NCBI GenBank assembly: GCA_964187785.1 | Contig: OZ076409.1 | Span: forward strand, 43,464,001 to 43,528,000 | Reading direction: 5' to 3' | Length of the DNA: 64,000 nucleotides | Source of the DNA: Amphiscolops sp. MND2022 | Taxonomy: Eukaryota | Shown: in pieces, positions 35,601-48,500 of the stretch | Numbering within the stretch: position 1 is the stretch's first letter | Layout of the letters: every line of letters starts with the position of its first letter | Translations under genes and position numbers: made by a program | Notes under the pieces: model-generated | Seen by the model: the letters and a program-made list of their open reading frames with translations, nothing else | Databases searched by the model: none | What the model was told of the DNA's origin: nothing

Positions 35601-37573
35601 CATTGAAAGGTTTAACTTCGGCTTGGAACCGAGCCCCGACTCTCATTTCGCCTCGGTCGGCTTGTAGAGATTTCTGCACAGGGTCGAACACGAGAGTGTA
35701 GAAGAACTGATCTTTGTTATTGAGATAAGAACTCATTGTTTCGACTTCACTCAACAAATTAACACAACACTTGCCCCGGATATACTGAGCAGGCACATTC
35801 TCCGATTGGCGAGACAGAAACAGTTCCCTATGTCGCAGCTGAAATGTAAAAGAAACGGTTTAAAAAAGATCGTCCAAGCAGGAACCACAGACACTACAAA
35901 GTGTCAACTGTTATCACACAGAATTTTGTCAATTATCACACTAATGCAATTACAGTTTTCCGAAATAGAGAAACTTGTCCTTTTAATTGCCGAAGTGTAT
36001 TCCGCAGAATACAGAATTTTTAGTCAGAAAGCACAATGTTAAAGAATTTTAATAAAAGGCAACAGCAACCGCTGGTGGACATTTTCGCTCAAAGTAATTT
36101 TGAGTGCTTCAACTCTTGGTTTTCTGTTAATATGAGAGTTTCAGAGGTTCAAAGATTAGGTCAACTTAGGACAAGTCCGTCCGTTTGGCATCAAAAGCTA
36201 ATCAGTTTGATTTTTAATTTTTGCAAGTTGCTGAAAAACATGTTTTTGACCATTCAAAGTGATGTGGATTGAAGAAAATTCGTAAATGAAAACAACCAAC
36301 GTTGATCTTAGACAAACTTTCACATTCTAAGTTGACGAAATCGTGTCTTCGAAAATATATGAATGAAGACTTGAATAAAGTAAGGTTACTTTCGATGGTC
36401 AAATTCATCTGATCACCTTGTATGTACGTGACTTCATAAACGAGGTTTGTTCAACAATTGACGTAGATAAACAAAGCCGGAAGATTGCTAATAACCCCAT
36501 AGATATTCAGGTACCTGGTGCTTCATTTCATCGTCCAGGTTCTCCATTGATTGTATCTCATTCTCTTCTTCCAAATATGAGTAGTGCTTGTCTGCCATGT
36601 TTATTAGAGACGTAGGCATGTCGCGACGCCTGCAATAAATATCAACCTTCTGTTCATGGAATCAATGGTTTTATATAACAAGACGCCCATTGATCACTGG
36701 AATATTCCAGCACTGATACACTAGAGTACTAAAAAGCTAACATACTCGAATTCGCTTACGAGTAATAAATTTTTATACATTCATTCGACAAAAGTCATAG
36801 AATAAAAATGCTTCGGGGGCATTTTCGCACTTCATAATTTTAGGCACTGTTTTCAGAAAAAAATCAAATTTCTGCATAAATACAAATTCGGCGTAAAAGA
36901 ACTTTCATATTTTGGGTGTCAAATAGAATTTAAAAACCAACATAAATTAATTCTCCTTTTCCTCATGGAATACGATTGAAAAGCAATACGATTGGAATAA
37001 ATTTCGAAACATTCCGTTTCGTCATGTCGGTCCCGTTTCAGGATAAATTAAAGCATTTCCTCGGGGATGAACGCCTAATGCCACTAATCAGCTTATGCCA
37101 TCGAGGTGAAAGAAAAATGATAAGGTTTCAGTGTGCAGTCTGAACTACTTAGAATAAGCTCTGACTAGGCCACGTTCATCGTACTAAACTAAGCTTGAAT
37201 TCTCATTATCTTCGAATTCGATTGAAAAACACTATTCAAACTATCGTGGCTCTTCTAAGATAAGGTGACACTGAATTCGGATACTGACAACAATTCAAAA
37301 TATTTGACACATTTGACATTACCTATAGAAACACTGAACTTTAACTTCCACTTGGGCGCCGCTGGAAGTTCTACTGAGCTCTTCAATTTTCCTTATTTGG
37401 TAGGGTTGTCCTGCGTGAACTTCGAAGTAGACATAATCGCCCACTCTGTACATGTTGTTGTTCATGGAGGCTGTGACCGCGGCGGCAACTGAGACGGTGG
37501 AGGATGAAGACGCCGCATTTTTACTCTTGGCCGTCTGTCCCCCCGCTGTTGTCTCAGGGCCACTGAGAACCAT
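17638..37573 (-). CDS. MTA1: Metastasis-associated protein (MTA family, NuRD subunit): BAH, ELM2, SANT, GATA finger, two C2H2 fingers, R1; 8 coding exons (37573-37323, 36629-36515, 35838-35599, 24015-23834, 23652-23344, 21651-21489, 21204-20903, 18190-17638), ~704 aa
   Basis: [12 protein letters not shown] (BAH), [25 protein letters not shown] (ELM2), [16 protein letters not shown]...[12 protein letters not shown] (SANT), CEGC...[23 protein letters not shown] (GATA), [11 protein letters not shown] (R1). Phases are consistent and total 2115 nt. Family-level call, not orthology to one vertebrate paralogue. Confidence 0.92.
18870..19607 (+). mobile_element. Family A HINE in the last MTA intron
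   Basis: TTAGTCGGCGC ... GCGCCGACTTAATACGTTCCCGTCTTGTT; contains the TTTTGACGT.ATATC minisatellite. Confidence 0.8.
19858..20400 (-). mobile_element. Diverged family A-related HINE with tRNA-like segment
   Basis: AACAAGCCGGAACTGCCCAAGTCGACGCC..AAGGCTC start; B-box-like GGTTCGAATCC on the minus strand at ~20268-20278. Right end approximate. Confidence 0.5.
22808..23280 (-). mobile_element. Family A HINE
   Basis: AACAAGCCGGGAACGGCCCAAGTCGGCGCC ... GCGCCGACTAA; closely related in reverse complement to 39682-40201. Confidence 0.85.
24315..24549 (+). repeat. 5' LTR of the BEL/Pao element; the first ~75 bp recur at ~34445-34520
   Basis: Direct match to the sequence after the PPT; ends GCCA just before the PBS-like TGGTCC. 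Boundaries approximate. Confidence 0.65.
24988..25387 (+). pseudogene. 5'-truncated SGNH/GDSL esterase domain within the LINE, in frame with upstream BEL gag
   Basis: VHVLGILKR...IRLVNDALR...[19 protein letters not shown] matches the SGNH block V DxxH motif. Confidence 0.65.
25505..30270 (+). pseudogene. Frameshifted LINE polyprotein (PHD x4, APE, RT, RNase H, Zn finger)
   Basis: ORF pieces 25505..26113, 26159..27316, 27356..29674 and 29989..30270 are colinear parts of one polyprotein. Confidence 0.88.
30305..34050 (+). pseudogene. BEL/Pao gag-pol remainder (DUF1759 gag, Zn knuckles, degenerate protease, RNase H, integrase); RT absent
   Basis: ORF pieces 30481..31071, 31790..32149, 32107..33273, 33222..33824, 33932..34147. 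Confidence 0.85.
34520..35048 (+). mobile_element. 5'-truncated family A HINE abutting the truncated BEL 3' LTR
   Basis: Ends GATATGGCGCCGACTTGGGCCGTTCCCGGCTTGTT; internal blocks as in 39682-40201. Confidence 0.8.
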
Positions 37574-39116
37574 TTTAACCTGGAAAGAATTCTCAATGAA
37601 AACATACACTTCCTTTGCTACATTGCCAGTCGTTATAAAAAGGGAACTGAGAGTCTACTCGAAAAACAAATTGACAAGTTGCAGTAAGGAAGGTAAAACT
37701 ACGATGAGCAACAAACATGCCCAAGATTTTTGGTAGACCTTCCGGCAACTTGAATCTGATGCCACGTTAAGGGCAAAAAACTCGAACATGTTCGTTTTCC
37801 ATTGGTCTTTTGGACACTCGTACTTGTAAATGCTCAGAGTTCTCATATGGCGTTTCTTGTCATATGATCATTATCACCGTTCGTACATACACTTCATTCA
37901 AATCTCGCGTATGGGTACACTTCATTTGAACACTATATTGGAGACCAGGCGATTCAATTAGTTATCTTTTCAGTCGCCGTTTTTCGAAGAAAAAAGCAAA
38001 AAATATTTTTCTTCAGCCCACCCTGAAGCGTCAACTTTTATGAACTATTAATAGATTAACGACGCCTGACCAACCACTTCCCAATTGTTAACGTGCGTAG
38101 CTGGAGAGCAGGAGTTTGTGGATTCGAATCCCCTCTGGTCTTTAAGTTTTGCAGAACTAGAGATCAAAGGTTTTTTCGGCCCTGACTTTTCTGAGGATTT
38201 TTCATCTCACTATAGGGTCCCCCTTCGTTTCTCCTGTTTTCACTAAGGATGCCTCAGTTGGGTATTTTTAAGCACTGTGAGACTGATGAGAATTTTTGCT
38301 ACTATAATTGTCGCTATGCATATTGAAAAGACTTTGCTGTTTTCGAGCGTTAAGCAGGGCGACTTGTGTCATTTCCGGTTTGTTTGTCCAAGGCAATGTC
38401 CAAGCCGATTCAGCATTTGTATTCGCTACAGACGACGCTTCCCAGATGAACAAGTGCTTCTTTCAGAACTACGCCCATTTTTAATCACGTGAAAAGGCAA
38501 TAGCTGTAAATTTTTTAAGTACCACGTAAAAGTCTTTGCATTCCTTTTGAAGTTTTTATTCAAATTACAAAGCTTTCCACGGATTTTTCGGCACTCTGCA
38601 GCTATTTTAAAATTGAGGACAAAGCTTTTTCTGTCCAAGAAAGAGACCTTGTACTTTTGCAATATTGAGAAGGAGATCTTTCTGATAATTTTGTATATAA
38701 TATAAGAATTTTACATGTGGTCCAGACAGTTTAATAAATTAACTTTTCATCAGGAAAAACATAAAAATGATCTTAAGACAAGAAACGTTTTATGCGATTC
38801 GCCCGGAATAGGCCTATTTTTAGTAGGCACTTTCATCAGAAAACACAGACAACTTTCCGCTTAGCCTAGTGGCTTGGGTGCTATTCGAAAGTGTTTTGCG
38901 ATAACTGCAATTGTGCTCTGTATAGCAATTGTGCTCGTAAAAACTGGAAACGATGACCCGGAAAATCCCGCAACTGAGCCATCATAATGTTTGAGCACAA
39001 GCTTCAACCGTCAGTCAAGTTTGAGGACTCAAAATACTTGAAAAGTAGCAGCTGAAGAGTGAATAAAAACACTGGAAGCGGCCAAATGTACAAAATGAGT
39101 TACTAATATGTATTAA

Positions 39117-39580
39117 AACAAGCCGGGAACGGCATAAGTCGGCGCCACGCTTAAGGCTCAAAAATAGCAAAAGGACTTCAACGTGTCCAGTATTCTCTTC
39201 CATAGTAACCGTAAAACCCAAATGGGTACCGTGCTGGCGCGCCGGGGCCCCGCTAGCTCGGGCCCCTGGTGCGCTAAAAGGGGGACCTTTGGAATTTGTT
39301 AACATCCATTCTGTTGCAAAATCAAAAAAATGAAGGGACCTTTTGAAGACATTAAAAATTTTTTCGAAAAGTGTCACAATGCCGAAAAAAACTAGAGGGG
39401 GACCCTTTAGTCTCGCCTGGTATTGTGTTACGCAGAAAAAAAAACCTTTTTGGTTCAGATCCTTAGACCAAATGGATTAATTTGACACCATGGAATGCCG
39501 TAGAACTATTTTGGTCAGTTCGTGTTGATTGAAAAAAGTCACTATAACAGTCGCGTTTCACTTCATGAAGCGCCGACTAA
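39117..39580 (-). mobile_element. Family A HINE
   Basis: AACAAGCCGGGAACGGCATAAGTCGGCGCC ... GAAGCGCCGACTAA; same subfamily as 44793-45497. Confidence 0.82.
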
Positions 39581-39681
39581 AACTGTGAGTGAGAAAACTG
39601 TACAACAAAAACGTTTATAGCAAAAACATCTGTTTTCTGGAAAACTTTAGGAATTTGCTTTGAAAAGCGTTTCGGCATTTT

Positions 39682-40201
39682 TCAGTCGGCGCTTTTCGTA
39701 GACAAACGCAGACTATAGTGGTGACTTTTTTAAGACCAACGAAGTGACAGATTTTATAAGCTTTATAATCTGGAGCGGTTCCTTCCACTAACTGCCCCAT
39801 TAATGTAACTTCTGCAGTCACTTGGCATAGAGGTTAATTAGGATTTTTTGAGGTCAAAAATTTTTTGAGTCTTTTTGCCGAGCAGAAGGACGTGGGTTCG
39901 AGTCTCGCCCTTGACCAAAATTTTGTGCATGTTAATGTCTCCAAAGGGGTCCCCCTTCATTTTTTTCTATTTTGCAAAAGAATGGATGTTCAAAAACTCC
40001 CGAAGTGCCCCCATTTACATTTTTCGGCAATATGCGACTTACCGGAGACCAAAAAATTCGAATTGAAATTTTTTTAATCGGATTTTTTTTCAATTTTTTC
40101 CTCACGCGGGTACTGTAGAAGAGAATACTTGACACTTTGAAGTCCTTTTACTATTTTTGAGCCTTAGATATGGCGCAGACTTGGGCCGTTCCCGGCTTGT
40201 T
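39682..40201 (+). mobile_element. Family A HINE with tRNA 3'-half-like segment
   Basis: TCAGTCGGCGCTTTTC ... GGCGCAGACTTGGGCCGTTCCCGGCTTGTT; GGTTCGAGTCTCGCCCTTGACCA at ~39895-39917. Confidence 0.82.
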
Positions 40202-40559
40202 TGAACAAACAAGGCTCCAATCTTTTCTGATATATGCTTTCCAAGAGTCTCTCGCTTCAAATGAATCAAACAATTTTTTTCTGACTTGCAAGTAGATCAG
40301 ATTTTTGTGAAGCCATTTTCAGATTATACCGTATTCAAAGATAGATCATAGTTTGATGTACAATTGGACAAAGGTGTATTCGTTTTGGAGGGCAAACTGT
40401 GATGGATCATTTACATATTTTTCAATCAAATGGCACAAGCCATACAAACTATCAGAGTTGATATTCGGTCTAAAAGTTGCAAACTACAATTAGATTGAAT
40501 ACTCTTTTATTTGATCAATGATTTCTTCTAAGCGTCTAGAATTCAAAAACAAGGTAACG

Positions 40560-42658
40560 CTATAAAAATACACAAGCAGCAGATTTGTTCATTTTCTGTC
40601 TCAGTGGAGGTGGCCCTTCGGCATAAAATGAACTACCATCTTGATCCCCATTTGCAAAATAATCTACCGACGAATCTGTGGATCCACACAAAGACTCTTC
40701 GTCATCTAGCTCAAACCCACCATGAGCCAAATGTCTCATCTTTTTATGTCTCTCCAAAGATTCCCCATTCTGCAGACGATGCATGAGTATGCGGAATATT
40801 CCTAATGTGCAATGCTTAGACTGCTGAGAAAAATTATTCGCCACCCTCAAATCTATGGAAGGAACTCCCAGGGTCTTCTGCATGTATGTGATCACCTGTG
40901 TCTGTGATTCGAGAACTTCATCGGAAGTTCCGTTTTTGGATATAGAACCAGATTTAGTCAATTTTGGCACCATTTGATTGCTACTGGGGTAACTGATGGG
41001 TGAAGTATAGCCCAGAAGCCAATCGGATTGCATGATTTGTTTGATAGTTGGTCTTTTATTGGCTTGTAGCTGTAAAATATCAGCTAACAGGTTCTTCAAT
41101 GAACAACTGGTGTACTGCGTGACGGAAAAATTCCCAGCGACGATGTTTTGTTTCAATTTGCCCAAAGAATCTGCCTGAAACATTGGTTAAATAAAAATCT
41201 CCTGAACCTCTCGTTCTCAAAGACTTAAAACTTGAATCCGAACCAAACTGACAAATTTATACGCGATTCCGGCCTGATACCTCTCAGAAACGGTCAGAAA
41301 ATTCACATATTCCAAAACGTACACAATATGATTTGCAAACTTACAGTGAAAGGCATTACTCCAGATGTCATGAAATAGAGAAGCACTCCAAGAGCCCATA
41401 TGTCTGAGCAAAAACCCGAGTACGAGGCATCTGTGAATAACTCCGGGGCAGCATATGGCGGAGATCCACAGAAGGTGGTCAATCCTTGACCTTGTTCACT
41501 AATTGTCGAAAAGCCAAAATCGCCCAACTTCACCAAGTCGGAGTAAAAGAAGAACACATTCTCTGCCTTCAGGTCTCGGTGAACCACATTTAGGTTATGC
41601 TGAAACCAATTATGCGTTTGACGATCACATGGAAATTACCATCATTGAAGATAAACCACTGTTAAAATATTGCAAGCATCAAGAACGAAATTCACGATCT
41701 TGAACGTGATATTTAAAAATGCTTGAAATTTTGAAAGCATAAAATGGAACAGGTTGGATGCCAACGATCATATGAGAAAAACTTCCGATAAGAAGACCTG
41801 GGACGAATTTTACTTACTATGTGAGAAACTGCAGCAACGATTTGGGAGAAAAGAGTTTTGGCGTGTTCTTCTTGTAGCTTTCCTTCATTCATTAGTTTTT
41901 GGTGCAGCTCGCCACCAGGTGCATACTCCAATACAATGTGCATGCGGTCCGCATCTTCCACGACTTCGAACAGACGAATGATGTTGGGGTGGTGCAGAAT
42001 CACCATGTTGTCGATTTCTCGGAACAACATCTTTTGCGTCTTCTTTTCCAATGACAATTTGTCCACAATTTTTACAGCCACGGTCTCTTAAATATGGAGA
42101 ATTGAGTTCTTATTGCAAGTCCCTTTGACCTCCGCGCAATAGCTTTTCGATCCTATGCATTGTTTTTAGCCGGCGCATTTTATAAGGAAAATTGGGGTTT
42201 TTCGGCATAGTGCGAGTTTCGAAAAAATTTCGACAATTTGGATTCTTTTTCATGGATTTGGAATAGTGGCGTTCAGTTAGTGGCTTTGCAACGGCGGTAA
42301 AAACCTAATCGATTTCAACGGTAGCATGAATTCAGAAACAACTCAACTAACCTTTGAGTAGAACATGAGATCCTTTTTTGACTTTGGAGAAGCTCCCAGC
42401 TCCAATTTCGCCCAGTAAGCAGTACATGCCAGTTCTCTTGCCAAGTGTGACTTGCTTGTGTACGCGCTCATCTTGCTCCAGACGGTAAATCTCTCTGAAT
42501 TATAAATTCAGATACACATTACTGGTGATAGATCGAAATTTATAGCACCAACTATTGAAAGGTCTTGAAATAAATGGGAGAACTCACTTTTGAAACCGGG
42601 TGAAATGGCTGGGAATTGCTGATTCGTCTTGAGCAGGATCTTCGTTGTCATTAACCAT
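40560..42658 (-). CDS. NIM1K: NIM1-like AMPK-family Ser/Thr kinase, 5 coding exons (42658-42588, 42494-42352, 42086-41818, 41599-41345, 41174-40560), ~450 aa
   Basis: [10 protein letters not shown]...[66 protein letters not shown]; consistent splice phases; C-terminal CVFL. Confidence 0.88.
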
Positions 42659-44042
42659 TTTGCCCCGACAATTGATAACTTTGGAGCTTCAGTTATATTG
42701 AAGCCCCACTTCAAAATACTAGTATATCATCATTTATGATGATACAAGATTCTATTCAAGTAATAAAAAGCCACGGATCAGAATAGCAAGTTTTATAAAT
42801 ATTTCATGAAAAATTCAGAACTATTCGTATTTAACCTGATTCTATGTAAATGTGCATTTAGTAGTGTCGGAGTCTTGAAATTTTAAACTTTATAGCCAGA
42901 ACAACGACGTAAGAAAAACTGATTTACGTCATCGAAGATTTTACTTTCAGCTTTTGTGCAGCTAAAAAGGTATTATGTTTAATAGAGCATGAAGTCTGCA
43001 AAAAAGAAAGACGTGGGCTGGCGACAGTTGGACATTGTTAATAGAAGACAGCACAGCAGTTCAATTTAATCGCATCAATGTATGGCGTTTATATAGGTCT
43101 GTGAAGAATTATTTTTGCACAAACGAAGCACGTGAAAAACTCAACACGTTCCTATAAGTGTTCTACCAAAACAACGGCCGGTAATCTCAGTTTTCCATTC
43201 GAAGAGAACCTTCCCTACAATATGACCGGCAAACGAAACAGCAAACTGAATTCGCAGAATTCGCGGAGGTAATCTGTCGCATTAACGGAAACCAATATAT
43301 CTATGACACATTCAGATGTGTCAGAAGTATGAATAATAATACCATTGCTTTTATGCAGAAAAATTACAAAAAATTATCGAAGATATAAAACTGGCTACAT
43401 GTGACAATTTTCGCTAACAATAAATTGATACTCAATTAAATCAGCGATTGAACTATGTGTTGAGCAATTCAGATCAGATGAACAGATTCGGTGAATGTAG
43501 ACTCAATTTTGGCTTATTATAACAGCTCTGTGAGTAAGCACTGAACCAGATGAAGTTGGAAAAACGTTTTTTTTTCATTCCGAAATTTTCAGACAGTTGT
43601 AAAATGCAAATTTCCTCGAAAAAAATCCTCAGGGAAATTAACCATGTTTTAAATGCTTTTCCTAACTCTAAACCACTCCGTAGGCTTTTGCAAGGAAACT
43701 TTGGGCATTAGAAAAGGGGGCAAAATATTCACAGTCCGAAAATATTCGAAATGGTTTGCTTTAATTCTCAAAACTAAACATCACTGTTTGAACCAGAATT
43801 ATATATAGAAACAAGACTTTCTGAATATAAAAAGAGTGAAATCAATTTTTATTCAACAATTATTTTTTGAAAACCGAAGATAATTCACAACTAACAAAAA
43901 ATACAAGTTTCAGACTACATCAATGTGCCAAGACCTCGAGGCCAAATTCCATCAACTCCAAGCAATGAACTTCGGTCAAATCTAGTCGCCTCTCGCTTGA
44001 TACAACCCAAAAATGAGTTCCAGTGAAGTTCAATATATTGCA

Positions 44043-45523
44043 CTATAAGGAGAGTTCACCAAGGTATATAGTTTTGTCGCTAGAACACGAAGATATGATC
44101 GGCTCACTGGGATGGAAATCGACTTCATTCACAGACCCCGTATGTCCAGGTAATTTATACATGATTCTCCGACTCACCACATCCCAGACATAAACGAACT
44201 TATCGGCCGAGCCACAACAAATTCTCTGACCAGAAGAATGCCAATGCGCCTTCAACAAATTTTTCTCGAAGTTGTGCTGAGCCCCTAGGAAAACTTTGAT
44301 GCACCTTTCAATGGGGGCAAAAGGGCGCACATCAAATATTCGAACTGTGTTATCCATTGCATTAGACAGAAGGTAGCAACCATCAGGACTGAGTGCCAAA
44401 CTGGTAATTGTGTCAGTGTGGCCTTTAAGAGAATTGACACAGGCGTCTCTTCGAAGATCCCATACTTTGATCTCATTGTCAATGCCACCAGAAAAGATCT
44501 GATCAACACCCTCACTGAATGCAACACTTGTCACCTGATATGTGTTGTTGAAGTTCTTCACCGCGTCTTTGCGTCTGATGTCGAACATTTTGATTGTACC
44601 ATCGTCACTACCCGTCGCTATGAACTGATCGCCCTTTCTTGTACCATCGACTGAATTTACAAATGACGTATGACCTTTCAACCTGAAAAAGTCAGTTAAC
44701 CAATCGATGTAATTCCAAATTTTGACGAACAGAGAAACGATTGTTTGAAACTGTCGAAATTTGACGGCCAGAAAACGTGAACAAAAACTTTTTTAGTCGG
44801 CGCTTCATGAAGTGAAACGCGACTATTATAGTGACTCTTTTTTTTCAATCCACCCGAACTGACCAAAATAGTTCTTAAAAGTTCTACAAAATATTATTGC
44901 ACCAAATTGCACCATTTGCCCTAGCGAACTGAACCAAAAAGGTTTTTCCTGTTTTCCCGCGTAACATACCATACCGGGCGAGACCAAAGGGTCCCCCTTT
45001 CAAATTTTTCGGCACTGCGAGACTTTTTTCGGAAACAATTTTTCCCCAAAGGGCCCCCCTTGAACTTTTTGCTGTTTTGCGACAGAATGGATGTTGAAAA
45101 CCACCAAAGGGTTCCCCCTTTCAGTTTTTCGGCAATATGAGACTTTTTTCTAAAATTTTTTTTCTCTCCAAAGGGTCCCCCTTCAGTTTCTATGATATTT
45201 TACAACAGAAGGGGTGTTTAAAAATCCCAAAGGGTCCCCCTCTCAGTTTTTCGGCGTTGAGACTTTTCGAAAATTTGTTTTTTTCTCTAAAGGGTCCCCC
45301 CTTCAACTGCGACAAAAGTGTTGGCAATTTCGGAAGTGTCCTCCCTTTTAGCGCGCCAGGGGCTCGCGCTAGCGGGCCCCGGCGCGCCACTCGGTCCATT
45401 TTTTTGCTTTTTGAGTACTGTAAATTGAAACATGGAAGTCCTTTTGCTATTTTTGAGCCTTGGATAAGGCGCCGACTTGGGCCGGTCCCGGCTTGTTTTC
45501 TCACTCCAAAGAAATGTTTCGTT

Positions 45524-45563
<40 letters not shown>

Positions 45564-48500
45564 GAGAAAGACTTAATTCTCTTTCGAGACCAAATTATTA
45601 GCACACGCTTCTGCTATATTTGCACATATTACATGTACAACAAATTAAGAACACACATAATGCATTTGAAATACTTTAACCAACAAAAATTCTAAATCTT
45701 TTTTCATGTTTTCATTGTCGAAGCCATGATGATATTGTGACGGAAAAGATAATTGACCATTTCGGCAGATTTTATGAAGAAAGCTTTCTGATGTGATAAG
45801 GTCGAGTATCCACAGTTCAGCACACTGGTTACTCCGGTCCTGATTTTTGGAAACTAATGTACGTTGAACGATCATATTTAGAGCGCCCATTGATTAAATT
45901 AGTCAGCATAACGAATGTCAAAAGCTCTATATGGTGACAAATCGGCAAAAACAGATCGATTTTAAGTTGAACTTCATAGCTTTGTTGATGGCCAAAAACA
46001 CAAAGGAAACAAGATTTTTAGAAACGCTCCATTTCTTTCAATCTTGTGATGTCGGGAAACCAAGCCGGAATACCATAAATGAGGACGGAGAGCAACTCCG
46101 CCGATAGAGGTTGAATTTTGTACGCGAAGGGGTATTGGAGGGGATTCTTGACTTCAGAGCATAAAACACTCTTCTCGCTTTGTTAAGTTGAATTTCAACA
46201 TTAATGACCCATTTAAGATCATTGGAAAAATACAAACCCAAACCCAAATCTTTATGTAATTTCACCGTCTCCAATGCTTCTGTAGATCCTAAAAAAACAA
46301 TCGGTTGACCTTTAATTGCCAAGCACTTGGTTTTATCCAGATTGGCAATCATTCCATTAGCGATATTCCAATTCCAAAGTCTTGATAAATCGTTATGGAA
46401 ATTCAGTGAAGTAAAAAGTACTTTGAGACCATCCGCAAACAACCATGGAACAGAGTCAAGAAAAATTGAGTGCAGGTCATTTATGAGTAACAGAATCAGC
46501 AAGGGGCCGAGAACCGAGCCCTGAGGCACACCACTGACAACATGAATAGCATCCGAAAAGAAATTTTCAATTTTTACGTGTTGGATGCGATCACTAAAAT
46601 AGCTTCGAAGTAGATCAACAAGATCACTATCCAAACCAAATCTAAAGAGCTGAGACAAAAGAATTGAATGAGGAACTTTGTTACATGCTTTTTCATTATC
46701 CCGGTAGTTACTGATTATATTCCTGGGACCTCTTTTGTGTAGGGGACGAACATATGCCACTTTCCAAACGTCAGGATAGATACGTGTGAGCAAGATAGAA
46801 GCAAATAAAGGATAGAAGAGGTTCGCGAAAACTTCCGGACACATTTTCAATAATTTTGACGGTAAACAATCGGCATTAGTTATTGAAGAGTCTTTCATCT
46901 CTAAAATCAGCTTTCGTATTGTGAGCATGTTCAACGAATTCAGTATATCAGGTAACTTGACAATTGACACTGGGCACGGCAAAAGGATGAAATACAGAGT
47001 ATTGTAATTTTTTGAAACACATATTGAAGGCATTTGCTATTTCCTCACCACCAGAATAGAAACATGAATTCTGTTTCATGACAATGGGGTAAGATGTCGG
47101 GTTCAGGCAGTTCAGCAAGCGAAAGCAATCAGTGAGAGAATTCGTTCGCGCTCCACCAATGAACAGTAGACGATCCAGTTCAGCAGAGGTGTCGAAATAA
47201 TGCTGTAGAATCTCGACGTTTTTAAATTGATTTTTAGTAGGATTTTTCACATCCTTTCTTTTTGCAGTGTTCAGTTCATTTAGGCGGTGGATTGTATGAG
47301 AAGAGTAATAGAAAGGATTACCAGAGCGTTTTTTACGCTTTTTCGAGCAAGACGATGCAATATTTGTCCAGAGAAAATTGTAGATTTTTTACATTGACAG
47401 GAGAAGGGTAAGAGCTAAAAGCGAAATGAATCCAGTTGTTCTGAAATATTAGTAATTCATGGGGTTCAGATATTGCGAATTCACAAGAAATTGATCTAGG
47501 GCAAAGATATTCATCAACTTTGAAAATTATGGGATAATGATCACTCAAAATACTTTGTTTCCTTATTTGTAACAAGATAGGATAACTATGGTCATCACAG
47601 AGAATATTGTCGAGTGTATTTCCATCACGATGAGTACTCACATCAATAATAAGAGGTCGTAAGCTCCAGTTGGAAAAGAGCTGTAGATAATCATTTTCTC
47701 TGGTGCAATTACTATATATTAGATGTCAATAAGCAATCGGAGGGTTCAAATCGCCTAGAACATATAATGAATGACAGTAAACACTCAAGGGATACTTTTG
47801 TTCCAACTAACGAGTAGCTATTTCCAGTATGATTGCCATACACTCTACAGACACTTTGTACGGACTAGAATATGGCAGATAAACAAGTATAATTAGAGCT
47901 ATCGTTTTTTCACTGAGGCGAAGAGCTATAGCAACAGCAAAATCGAAATCATCCAGGTCAATTTCATCAGCTAAAAAACTGCAAGTAGTGCGACAAAAAA
48001 AAGCTACACCGCCACGAGGACCCTTCACTCTATTTTTACTCGCAACAGTTTTAAAGCATCCAAAGAGCGAATATTGTGCATACTCCTTCCACCAAGTTTC
48101 AGTAAGGAATAGAACATTTATCATTTCAGAGTTAATGAAGTCTAAGAGTTAGCATTGTTTGGATATGGAGTCGAGGCCTTGAAAATTTATGAGTAGGTAG
48201 TTCGCGTTGAAATGAAGTCAATTACAATTATCATGTCAGTTCAGTTGATTCTAGGTGTGATCGGATATCAGCAAAGGAGCAAGTGTCATCTATTTGATCG
48301 CCGTTAAAAAAGAGTTTCAGATCTCTGAAGAATTCGGATTCTGAAGAATTTCCTATCAAACCCTTCCTAAATTAGGTCATATCTGAGTTTCAAGAGTGAT
48401 TTTTCTCTTTCTCTCAGCCCATTTAAGTTTCGTTTTGACGAAATAAGTAGTTCCTTTTGGGAAGAGATTCTGGAAAAGTCCTTTTTCTACCAAGCCTTGT

